This document shows positions 49,358 through 61,106 of a stretch of 64,000 bases of DNA, one piece after another. Each line of letters begins with the position of its first letter. The stretch's first letter is position 1. The position numbers were made by a program, and so were the translations under genes. The stretch comes from Azolla caroliniana (taxonomy: Eukaryota > Plantae > Polypodiophyta): NCBI GenBank assembly GCA_043228905.1, contig JBHGNT010000002.1:6696001-6760000 (forward strand). Direction: 5' to 3'. The notes under the pieces are model-generated. The model was not told the origin of the DNA and ran no database searches. It saw nothing but the letters and a program-made list of their open reading frames with translations.

Positions 49358-52300
49358 TTCCTTTCGTGTTTTGCTTAGGGTTTGCTTTGGCTCGGCCTCC
49401 TGTGCAAGACCCCACTCGGTGCGACGAGCCGAGAGCTCCCCGATGGCGGCTTGACAACAGACGACTGTTGTAACCTACCTTGGTCCGGCTCGAAGCCGGA
49501 AATGTATTCTTCCCTTTATATATATACATTTGCGTCAGTCTATGTATATTCGCGTCTCTGTTGGTGTCGGGTGCTTCCCCTTTCCTGCGTTTCCTGTACA
49601 TAAGGGCGTGAGTCGGGTCAGCATGTGTGTGTATGTGCGTGTGTGTGCGTGAGTCGGTGTTAAGCGCGCGCTCCCTCTCTTTCTCTCTCTCCCTTCGGTC
49701 GCTTCCGGTGTTCTTCTGGGATTCCCCGGAAATGGTGAAGCACGACTTCCTACGCTTCGTCACTCCCTAGTCCAAGACCCCCGTGGTCCCGCCTTTCTCC
49801 ACGCACGCGCGTAACAACACGACAACGTACTTGTGGAATATCGCAACAACGTGTTACACGTTCCCACAATCACGTTCCCAGAACGTGGAGTCGATATTTC
49901 GTCTCCTTCATCGACTACTATACACGGCACACGTGGATCTACCTCATTGAGAAGAAGAGTGAAGTCTTCGACTGTTTCCGGGACCTCAAGAGTTTCGTCG
50001 AAAGGGAAACAGGAAGAAAGATCAAGTGCTTGCGCTCGGATGGCGGAAAAGAGTACTTTTCCGGTCAATTCAACGGGTATCTGCAACAGATGGGAATTCA
50101 ACGCAAATTCAGTTGCAGGTATACGCCGGAGCAAAATGGCGTGGCCGAAAGGAAATATCGGTCGATTTTGGAAGCGGCGCGGGCAATGCTGGAAGAAAAG
50201 AGTTTGCCCAAGTTCTATTGGGCCGAAGCGGTATGAACCACGGTCTACATCCAAAATCAGATCGGAGACAAAGTGTCGGTGCATGAGCTGTATTTCAGAA
50301 GGAAGCCGAATCTACGACACTTGAGAGTTTTCGGTAGCATTGCGTATGTGCATGTGCCGAAGGAGAAACGGAGGAAGTTGGACGCGAAAGCTGAGAAGTG
50401 TATCCTAGTGAGTTATTCGGAGGAACAGAAGGGTTATAAGTGTTATAATCCCCGAACCAAACAAGCTCGCATGAGCCGCGATGTTCTGTTTGATGAGTCC
50501 GCGTCCTGGTACTTGCCTCCGACTCCGGACCTCAACTACAACTCCAGATCGTCGGACCCGAGTTCTAACGATGAGGTCAGCGAGGCTGAAATGCCTCCGG
50601 ATGACCGTGAAATCAAGGCCCTCGATGAGAGTCCGATTTCATTTCGGCTAAGTGGACCGAACAAGCGACTGGGTCGGTTTGACCAGTCTGAAGAAGAGTC
50701 GGCGAGTAGTGGAGACTCGGCCATGCATTCCCCGCGCAGGAAGCCGAGGAGATGGCTTACGCGCAAGGAAAAAGGGAAGAAGAAGGTGTCGGATTACGGC
50801 ACGGATAGGAACGAGTCGGATCGATGCGAGTCCGACTCCGAGGGAAGTGATGACGGGTCTTCGAGAGCGAAGTCGGGGTCGGCTAAGAAAGCCTCAACAT
50901 CGGCTGAGCAATTACGCCCATCTACCCGCCAGAAGAACCCTGTTGTGCGGTTCCGATACAATGAGTACATGGTGCATCACTATGCGTACATGACCCGTGT
51001 AGTGGAAGTGCGTGAGCCGGAGAAGCGGCGAAGGACGCAAATTGGCGTGCCGCAATGGAGGAAGAGATGCGTGCATTGGCAGAGAATGAAACCTAGGACC
51101 TGGTTGACGCACCGAAGGGTGTGAAGCCAATCGGATGCAGGTGGGTGTACAAGGTCAAGTACAACACAGACGGCTCGGTCAACAGATACAAGGCCCGGTT
51201 AGTAGCGAAATGCTACGCGCAGCAACACAGCATCGACTACGATGAGACGTTTGCGCCGGTCGCAAAGATGACGACCGTCCGTGTTTTTCTTGTGGTAGTT
51301 GCGGCGAAGGGGTGTCATTTACATCAGATGGATGTCAAGAATGCGTTCCTGCAAGGCGAGCTTGAGGAACAAGTGTACATGGTACAGCCCCCCGGATTTC
51401 ACTCTGGAATGAACACCTCGGTGGTCTGCCGGTTGAAGAAGTCCCTTTACGGACTTAAGCAAGCCCCGCGTGCTTGGAACACGAAAATCACGCAGCGTTT
51501 GCGTCGGATGGGTTTTGCGACTTCCAAATCGGACTCTTCACTGTTCATTCGGCAAGGTCGACTCGGGCCGGTTAGTATTTTACTTTATGTTGATGACTTG
51601 GTCATCACCAGCGCCGACCTTGATGAAATTGACCACGTAAAACTCCAACTCCCTGCATCATTTGACATGACGAACCTAGGGGACCTTCATTACTTCCCCG
51701 GGATCGAAGTGATCCGTACCCCCGAAGGCGTATTGATCAGCCAACGTCATTACGCGCTGAATATGCTCTTCAAGTTTGGGATGGAAAACTGTAAGCCCAT
51801 CTCGACGCCTCTGGATAGGAACGTGAAGCTTCGCCCAGATTCGGGAAAAGCGTGCGACCCGACAAGGTTCTGACAGATTGTCAGAAGCCTCATCTATTTG
51901 ACTATTACTCGGCCGGACCTCAATTACCCGGTCGGACTGATCAGTCAATTCATGTCATAGCCTACGGCCGAACACCTTCAGTGCACGCAAAGGATATTGT
52001 AATATGTCAGCGGCACGAAAGATATGGCGCTACTATATCGGGCAGGTGTAGCCGAACAGTTAGTCAGCTACACGGATGCCGATTGGGCCGGAAACGCCCA
52101 CGATTGTAGATCCACATCTGGATACGCATTCTCTCTAGGAAGTGCGGCGATTGTGTGGAGCAGTAAGAAGCAACCGACAATAGCCCTGTCGAGCACGGAG
52201 GTTGAGTATCGAGGGGCGACTGTCGCTACGTCCAAAGTCATTTGGCTAAAACGGCTATTACGGGGTCTACATGTAGAGGTGTCTGATCCGACGATGATCT

Positions 52301-53644
52301 ATTGTGACAACCTCAGCAGTATCCACCTTGCAAGAAACCCCGTGTTCCACGCCCGGACCAAGCACATTGAGGTGCGTTACCATTTTGTCCGCGAGCGGTT
52401 CCTTTCAGGTGAAGTCGGACTCATGCATGTTTCGACTAATCGGCAAGTTGCCGACATCTTCACCAAGCCTCTTGGCCTCGACAAGTTGCGACATTTCTCA
52501 GGTACGCTTGGGTTGCGTCGCCTTGACACGCCGAACTTGAGGGGGAGGAAGGAAGACGAACAGGAACAAGAGCATGAAAGGAGTGGAGGTGGTCATTGCA
52601 GCGGAAGTGACCCTGACACATATAATCGATTGAAGAAGTCATAGAAAAGAGCAAGCGCCATAACCATAGGGAAGAGCTAAGGATAGCCGCATCAGGGGGA
52701 GATACAACCAAGAAGGGTGTAAAGGCCAAGACCAAGACGTGGTCTGATGTAGTCATAGGCCTAAAGACAAGAGACGAATTGGAGACAACCAATTCGGATG
52801 ACAGCGGAATTGAATCGGAAGTGTTTGACCCAATCGGAATGTTCGATTCAAATACACCAAATCAACTGAAGGCCATGCAAAGAAGAGGGCAGCGAAGGAC
52901 GCGCCGACACTGCGACAGAAAGGGAGCTGAGAAGGGCCAGATGAGCAAACAAGCTGACCGGAAGGGTCGAGGCGCGCGGAATCGAACAGGACGAGGAGCA
53001 CGAGCGAAGCGTGAGCTAGAAGAAACCGGAGTGGTGATCCAAAAGAACCTGAAGAGCCTCAAGTTGAGCTTGAGGGGGAGTGTTGAGATACAAGCTCAAC
53101 ATTGGCCGGATCGGCTGTGCAAGCCGAGAACCGGATCGGTTGGGACCGATTGGTTAGGCCGGACCGGTGCGTAACGAGAAGTCGTAGCGGTGCGTAAACC
53201 GCGAGGCCATTAGAAAGATATTCCGCCTAGGAATATATTTTGGGAGTTAGTGTAGAGCTCAGTTATGAGCATTGAAGTACGTGTCAGTACTTCTATCAGT
53301 CCGTATGGACTTGTACAAAAGTGCTAACTGAGCACATCCTATGTACAGATTGAGTATTATTTTTTGAATTAGAGTTGTGTGTATTGACTCTCTATCTCTC
53401 TATGTCTCTCCTACGTATTGTGTGTGTCCAAACTCTCCATTAAACTTGTGTTTTCCTACATTCTGTTTTCTATTGCTTTCGCACGTTCTTTTTACAGATT
53501 CCCCATTATGCACATATCGCTAAACCACTCTATGAATTACTAAAGAAGGGTCGGAAGTTCGAGTGGGGAGAAGAGCACACAAAGGTTGTGAGGAGACTGA
53601 AGGGGATGCTGATGGCGGCACCAACTCTCCAGAAGGGGATGAGA

Positions 53645-55584
53645 AGGACCAGGCTATTTTAAGTTCGAACATCATCATTACAGCTATGAATACTCCCCAA
53701 TCCATTACGAACGTCGTCTTCTCCTGATCGTCTGGGTCCATGTGGTTTTGGTTATAGCCACTGAAGCCATCTAAAAAACTTTATATTTCGTGTCCTACTA
53801 CTGCATCGAGTACCCCATCCGTGAATGGTAATGGAAATGCATCAGTGATCATAACAACATTCAGTTTCCTATAGTCGACACACACGTAGATCTTTCCATT
53901 TTTCTTCGGTACGATGAGGATCGGGCTCAGCCAAGTCGCCCTCTTTACAGGTTGAATGAATTCGATTTTCAAAAGTTTATCTATTTCTTCTTTTACATGG
54001 ACCGCGCAGTTCGGATTCATGCGATAGCGCCGCTGTTGGATAGGCTTTGCGTTCATTGCGAGGTTAATCTGGTGCTAGTAGAATTTTGGATCCAACCCTT
54101 TCATATCTTCGTGGGACCATGTGAACACATCTTTGAATTTGTGTAGTAATTCAATCATGGCCGTTTTTTCCAAAGTTGGGAGATTCTCCGCAATCGACAG
54201 TGATCGTGGTGCGTCGGAAGTTCCAACATTGATTTCCTCTAGTGTCGACATTGTGACGCGTCGGGAAGTCTCTATCTCTCGGTCGAATGTGTCTTGCGCC
54301 TTGCGGACCTCCATGAGTGTTTTCGTGTCTGGTTTGCCTTCTTCATCTCTACTTGTTGCAGGAGTGGTGTACGTGCCCACTGTTTCGATGATGTCAATGT
54401 CGAATAAATGGACGATTCGAGGGTTTTCCGCCAAATAATTCTCCAACTCCTCGTCATCTAGACCCTCGAGCATGTTAATTTCCTTTGTGTATAACGGAGT
54501 CATGGCCTTTGTTGGCGGGCCAGTTTCCTACGTCAGCACCCGAATCTTCACTCTACCTTGTTGTATTGCCAATTTTGTTTGATGTTCGCTGAGCACAACC
54601 ATGGCCATCCTAGCAGTAAAGGGTATGCTCCCAACACGTCGCACAACAGCCCTAATGGTCGGACGGATCTGATATCTACCATGCGTAACTAGAATGGGCA
54701 CGCCTCCCAATTTGCAATGCCTAGATGGTTGCAGGTAGCTTTGTTTATGACATTCCCTCGGAGCCACCATCAATGATGCATCACGGAATTTCTTCCCCTT
54801 GTAGGATTACTTTAATGGCCGGGTTATGGTGGTCCACCACTGTCGGCCTTGTTGTCGATTCCGTAAAATTCACAAGAATCATTCCATTGTTTATCGAAAT
54901 CTAGGGACTAAGTTCAATAATTTGTCCATCGTCATTGTGATTTGGTAGTCGGCTAAGGGTTTGCCATATGGGGTCGTCCTTCATCACGACTTCCTCTATT
55001 CGTGCTCTCGACATTGTGGATGTGCTTTCCTGGCGCATTCATTCGACATTCGCCTCATTGGCTTTTTCAACCCATGTATTCACGGCTATGCGAATGTGAT
55101 CCTGGACTTCCCAATTGGATGCCTTCGCTTGGCTCCGGGTTGTCACTTCTTGGACCTCCACAATGATCATATTGACCCTAGGTCCCTTCCCCTTGTCGCA
55201 TCGTGGGCAATGGGTTGCGTACTTCCCTGGTTGTTGGCAGATGAAGTAATGCACATTAAACTCGCCTCCTTCGGCTGCTGGTAGAGAAACTGACCCAGGT
55301 TGTGGCTCAGGCTCATGGCAAGGTCATTGCTGGTACTAGTAGTGGCGTGTGTTGCGGGGTTTCCTACGGTAGTCTTGTCGGTTGTTATTGGGAGGACAGA
55401 GTCGGTCCTCCTCCGAACTATTGTCATGTTGGCGCTGGTTGTGAGGTTGTCGATCTCCTTCGTATGCCCAAGTCCAGCTTGCCCACCTCTATTATTCATG
55501 GGGCGCCTATTTCCGTAGCGTTGCCCATTTCTATTGCCGTATCAGTCATTTCGATGGTAACCATCTTCGTTTCTACCTTCGTCA
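53645..55584 (-). pseudogene. Non-chromovirus Gypsy gag-PR-RT fragment
   Basis: Decayed zinc knuckle FICQQPGKYATHCP; RT PIQQRRYRMNP..WLSPILIVPKKNGK..CVDYRKLN..DQEKTTF. Confidence 0.85.
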
Positions 55585-58500
55585 TGTAAGAAAAGTTCAG
55601 AAGATAATGGGCTGGATTGACAACAGAGAACAAGAGAGAGTTTTCCAGAATGAAGAACAAGGTAAGATCTTATATTAAAACAGGTGTATTGCAATGTAAG
55701 AACCTATAGAAAACTCTAGATGTAGTACCACACACATCTCTAAACAATACTTTCATCCATACATATATACAAAGAAGTAACAACTAGTCGTTACTTCTTT
55801 GTAACTGTTGTTTTGTCTTTTTGTCCTTATTGTCTTTTGTAACTCATGTTTTGTCTTTATCCTCATAACTCATGTCTTATCATTTGTGGTGTAAACAGGT
55901 AATCTTAACACCCCCCCCCGTAGCTGTGACACCACCAACTCATCTATTTGGATGAATACTTAATCCAAAATGGTGGCAGCAACTCCAATGTTTTGCGTTG
56001 GGTACTGGCTTGGTAAGAAAATCAGCCCACATAGTTTGTGTTGAAGTATGTCCAATCGAGAGGTTAGATTCTTCAAGAAGTTCTGAGATGAAGTGATGTC
56101 GTGCACGGATATGCTTGTTCTGCTCTGTGATCTTGGGGTCCTTAGTGATTTTGATGCATGATTGGTTGTCACACCATAACTTGAATTCAGAAATTTTGAG
56201 GATGGCAAGTTCATCAATGATGGACTTCAACCATAATCCTTCCTTAGTAGTGAGAGTAGCTGCTATATATTCTGCTTCAGTGGAAGAGAGGGCAACAGTA
56301 GCTTGTTTCTTTGTTCGCCATGAAATGGCACCACCTGCAAATAGGAATACATAGCCAGAGGTGGATCGAGAGGTATCCTTGTCCCCCCCCCCCCAATTTG
56401 CATCCGTCCAACCATGTAGTGGTGTTGATAGCCAGCCTTGGATATTTGAATGTTGGGCTTTAGAGTATGATGTGTAAGTAAGTGTCATATCCCTTGTGTA
56501 CTTTAGATACCGTAATACTCTTTTAAGTGCTTTCCAATGGTTAACTCCTGGATTCTCCATGAATCTTGATAGGTATCCAGTGGCAAAAGATAAGTCGTGT
56601 CGGGTGCAGCTGACGAGGTATCGAATGCTCCCCAACACTTGGCGATACGGGATATTCTTCATAAAGTAAGTTTCTTTAGTTGTATGTGGTGAATCTTCAG
56701 ATGATAATTTGCATGGTACTGTGAGGGGAGTGGAGATTGGAGAACACTCAAACATATCAAACTTGGTTAGTATATTATCAACAAAGTTTTCTTGTGATAG
56801 GGAGACTGTACCTAGAGTTCGATTCCTTTTTACATGAATCCCAAGAAAATGTTCTAGTGGCCCAAGATGTTTGATAGGGAATTGTTGTCGTAACTCAGCA
56901 ATAAATTCCATTACCAAGTCTTCCGATGTCCCAGCAATAGGTAAATCATCTACATAGACTCCCAAGAGTAAGAATTTTGTTCTTGTTTTCCTTATATATA
57001 TATTAGGTTCTGATTGAAGTTGTTGAAATTTGATTGATAAGAGGAACCTATGAAACTTGGCATACCATTGTCTAGGGGATTGTTTTAGGCCATATAAAGG
57101 TTTGTTAAGTTTACACACATACTTAGGGTCTATATTATTATCTAACATTTGGGGTTGTTCCATATATATATCTTCTTCTAAATCACCATGTAAAAACGTT
57201 GTTTCAACAACATGATGAAGTTCAAGATTTAAATATCCCGTAATGGCAAGAATCAATCGAAGTGCAGTGATCTTTAGAGTGGGTGAAAAAGTTTCATGGT
57301 AGTCCACACCTGGTATTTGTGAGAATCCTCGAGCTACTAATCTCGCTTTGAACCTCACGGGAGTACCTAGGGCATCATATTTCTTTGTAAAAAGCCACTT
57401 ACAAGTGATGACATTGGCGTGACAAGGCCGCGGTACTAATGTCCATGTGTGATTCTTTTGGAGTGCTGAGAATTCAGATTTAATTACCGCAACCCAATTG
57501 TCTTTTTCTTTACTTTTTAATGCTTGCTTGAAGGTGAGAATTGGAGCTGTGTCTTAGTTGTCTCCTTCGATAATGGCTGCAAAGATGGATATGTCGGACT
57601 CCGTCTCTGTTGCGAAGTGACATGTGGACTTTTCAAGCACCTCGTCCTTAGTTGCATCATAGATATCACTAAGTAACCTTACCTTAGTCTTTTTAGCCCT
57701 AATTTCTTTGTCTTTTAAGGTTGTTTTGGAGAGGTTGCAGGTTTTTAGGCGGTCGAGATCCATATTCTCAGATCTGGAGCTTTGTTTTCTTGCAATCATG
57801 GAGGATGCACAGGGTTGGATGTGGTCGCCACTCGTATGCTCAGGTTCAAGGCTTCGAGTAATATATTGTGCAGTGGATTGATTGTTGCTTTCGAGGCTCC
57901 GGTCATACACTTGTTCACCTTCGGGGCTTTGAGCATCAGATTGGCGGAAAAATTGACTACCAATTTTGAGATTTTGAGGATACTCTGAGGTGTAAGGTTG
58001 TAGGTGACCTAAACTTGTATGTTCAGATTCACAATTTCGACATTCGGATGTTGAAGAAGAGTTGTTGGGTTGTTGGCAGTGCATTAGCACATCCTCAGGT
58101 TCGAGACTTCGAGTGGCTGATTTCGTAATCATAGGCTTGGTGGCGGTCTTCGCAGCAGAGATTCCCAACCCCTCATCTTGAGTGGTTAAGATCTGAGAAT
58201 GAGGTAATTGGTTGAGTTTCTCTCCTCTGTTTTTTGTTGCATTAGTTGTTGGCGCACCATGATTGTTGTGTAGTTCGATCTTGATGATGCTTGTCCCATC
58301 ATTTTCAAATTCCATTGATGTTGCTTGAGGAAGTCTTAACTTTGTGATTTCCTTGGTAAGGTGTTCACTCTCGGTTTCTTTCATTACATATGATGACCTA
58401 GAAAAAAGACTTTTCTCATCAAACTCCACAGAACGACTAAATATTATTTTACCTGTATCAGGAAGGTAAATTCTATATGCTTTTACTCCATATGGCTCCC

Positions 58501-61106
58501 CATATCCAATAAATTTTCCTTTGATGCATCGATCCTCAAGTTTTGTCCTCTTGGCAGGTTGTATATATGCAAATGCAGTTGCTCCAAATACTCGAAGATG
58601 TGATATCTCAGGTGGGTACCCATACCACATGGTGTATGGCACTTGTCCTTCTATACCTTGGTGAGGGGTTCTGTTTTGTAGGTAACAAGTTGTGGCGACT
58701 GCTTCTTCCCAGAATCTTGAGGCCATTCCACTCGTCTTCAGCATACTCCTAGCAGCATTTAATAAGGTGTGATTCTTTCTCTCGGCTATCCCATTTTGTT
58801 GAGGTGTGTAGACAGTTGACTTTTGATGAAATATACCATTTTTTTCGTTAAAGGCTTCCCATTCTTGTGAAACAAATTCCCCACCATTGTCACTTCTTAT
58901 TACTTTAACTTTAAGTTGTGTTTGATTTTCAACAAAGCTCTTATATGCACAAAATGCTTTGAATGCATTTCCCTTTTGTTTAAGAAAGTTAACCATTGTA
59001 AATCGCGAAGTGTTATCAATAAATGTTATAAAGTACCTTGCTCCGGAGAGTGAGTTGGGAGTTATCGGTCCACATACATCCATGTGAACAAGTTGGAGTA
59101 GTTCCTTTGTCTTTGAGTTACTTAGCGGGAATGATTTTTGAGCCATTTTCCCATACATGCATCCTTCACAAATATCAATAGATTTAAAGATTGTGGAAGG
59201 TAAACCTCTTACTAGGTTCTGATTTTGACACAACTTGAGTATTGGTGTATGTAGATGACCGAACCGGTAATGCCATAGATAGGTGGGAGACACATTGTCT
59301 ACTCCTCCTTGATGTACTTCAGCAGCTAATGCTTCTCCAAGATTCGCCTTGACAGGATATTGTTGCCCTTGTTTTGGACATACAATTTTTATCTCATGTT
59401 GACCATCTTGGATGTATGGGGTAGCTTGTTGTTTGCTGAATTTGACTGTCATTCCTTTTGCAGTAGCTTGTCCCACAGATAATAGATGTTTTGCAATTCC
59501 AGGTACAAAGTATATATCTGAAATTTGTACAACATGATTACTAATGAGTCTTAATTTGATATTACCTTTCCCAACCGCCACTTTTTGACCTTTGTCTCCA
59601 AAGGTGACCTTCAATGGTATTGGGAGCTCTTGATAGTTGTCCAACCAGTCTTTTCGATATGTTAGATGGTGAGTAGCCCCGGTATCCAAGAACCAGGTGC
59701 TATCATCTTCATTTTCTTCAAATGTGTTTGCATTATATGCTTGAATATACTCTTCTTCATCAGGTTCTCCATTTTGTTCAGGTGCTTCTTCAAAAGAATA
59801 TTCTGGATTTCTATCATCTTCTTGTTGGATAACCACATTATGTGCCTGGGGTCGGTTGGAGTTCTTCTCTGCTTGCTTGAGGCGACATACTCGATCAGTA
59901 TGTCCTTCCTTCTTGCAATATCTACAGATGATTCTAAAGCTTCCATTTTTTCGTGAGTTGTTCCCATAGTATTTTTGTGCTTCACTCTTGATGTATGTTT
60001 TGTTATTATTAGATTCATTATTTCTTACTTTTTCAGGTCTGTATCTTTGTTGGTTTGCTGGATGACCCCTTTGGAATCGATTGATGGAGACTGCCATTGC
60101 AATCGGTTGAGCATTATTCTTCTTTTGTCGTCGAATGTCTTCATGACGGATCTTAGTAAGTAGCTCAGACAATGTTGTCGTGCTACTATGCATAGTGATG
60201 AATGTTCCCCAAGATTCGGGGAGTTTGCTTAACACTAATCCAATCTTGATGTCTTCTGAGATGTAGTTGCCGGCGATAGTTGCATCATCCATGGCTGCCT
60301 CCCAAGTTGATAAGAAGGTAGGAACATCTTCTTCTTCCTGTAAAACACACATATTAAACAGGGTAGCTAAGGTGTGGAGTTTAGTTGTACCATCTTGAGG
60401 TTCGTATAGTTCCTTCAATTTTGCCCACATTGCAGCTGCAGATGTGAGTTTTGGAATAATTTCTGACTGCTTTTCATCTACACTTAACATTATCTCTAGT
60501 CTAGCTCTTTTATCCAGCTTTCGCCACTCATGCCATTCGTCTGACTCTCGTTTTGCAGGTTCTGGAGTAGCGCCAGTTGTGATGTCGAGGAGCTCCTCAA
60601 CATCAAGTAGCAGCTCCATTCGAGTCTTCCAGATTTTGTAGTTTTTCTCCGTTAATTTGTCCAAGGTATATTTTCTGCTTGAGCTTGCCATAGTGATAGT
60701 TTTTAGATTTGTTTATTTCAGGAAATCTGTGGTGAGTTTTGTTGGTTATAGGGGAGTATGAGATTCAGATTGTGCAACCTAGCTCTGATACCATGTAAGA
60801 AAAGTTCAGAAGATAATGGGCTGGATTGACAACAGAGAACAAGAGAGAGTTTTCCAGAATGAAGAACAAGGTAAGATCTTATATTAAAACAGGTGTATTG
60901 CAATGTAAGAACCTATAGAAAACTCTAGATGTAGTACCACACACATCTCTAAACAATACTTTCATCCATATATATATACAAAGAAGTAACAACTAGCCGT
61001 TACTTCTTTGTAACTGTTGTTTTGTCTTTTTTTACTTATTGTCTTTTGTAACTCATGTTTTGTCTTTATCCTCATAACTCATGTCTTATCATTTGTGGTG
61101 TAAACA
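55585..61106 (-). mobile_element. AT-rich Copia-5, near complete; outer end of the 5' LTR clipped
   Basis: 3' LTR 55585-55910 next to a G-run PPT; 5' LTR 60794-61106 lacks 13 bp; PBS iMet at 60782-60793. Confidence 0.93.
55940..60691 (-). pseudogene. Copia-5 gag-pol with one in-frame TAA at 57554-57556
   Basis: 1045-aa ORF (zinc knuckle, WFLDTGAT, INT) and 472-aa RT-RH ORF are in the same frame; the 65 intervening codons are open. Confidence 0.92.

Larger units (their letters stand above)
44314..49824 (+). mobile_element. Pol-less Trp-primed LTR element W-C, nested in the W-B 3' LTR
   Basis: LTRs 44314-45111 and 49030-49824; TSD ACGT at 44310-44313 and 49825-49828; PBS at 45116; PPT ggttaggtgggggcgga. 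Confidence 0.95.
40665..49848 (+). mobile_element. Pol-less Trp-primed LTR element W-B (Gag plus repetitive tail)
   Basis: 5' LTR 40665-41214; PBS at 41219; 3' LTR 43839-44313 plus 49829-49848; TSD ACGT at 40661-40664 and 49849-49852; no PR/RT/RH/INT motifs in 41236-43838. Confidence 0.92.
37633..53496 (+). mobile_element. Copia-4, internally deleted and hosting three Gypsy-related inserts
   Basis: LTRs 37633-38083 and 53081-53496; TSD GATTC; PBS TGGTATCAGAGC at 38084; gag MASSLPTEKLDRNNYASW; INT, RT and RH fragments at 49890-52540. Confidence 0.95.
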
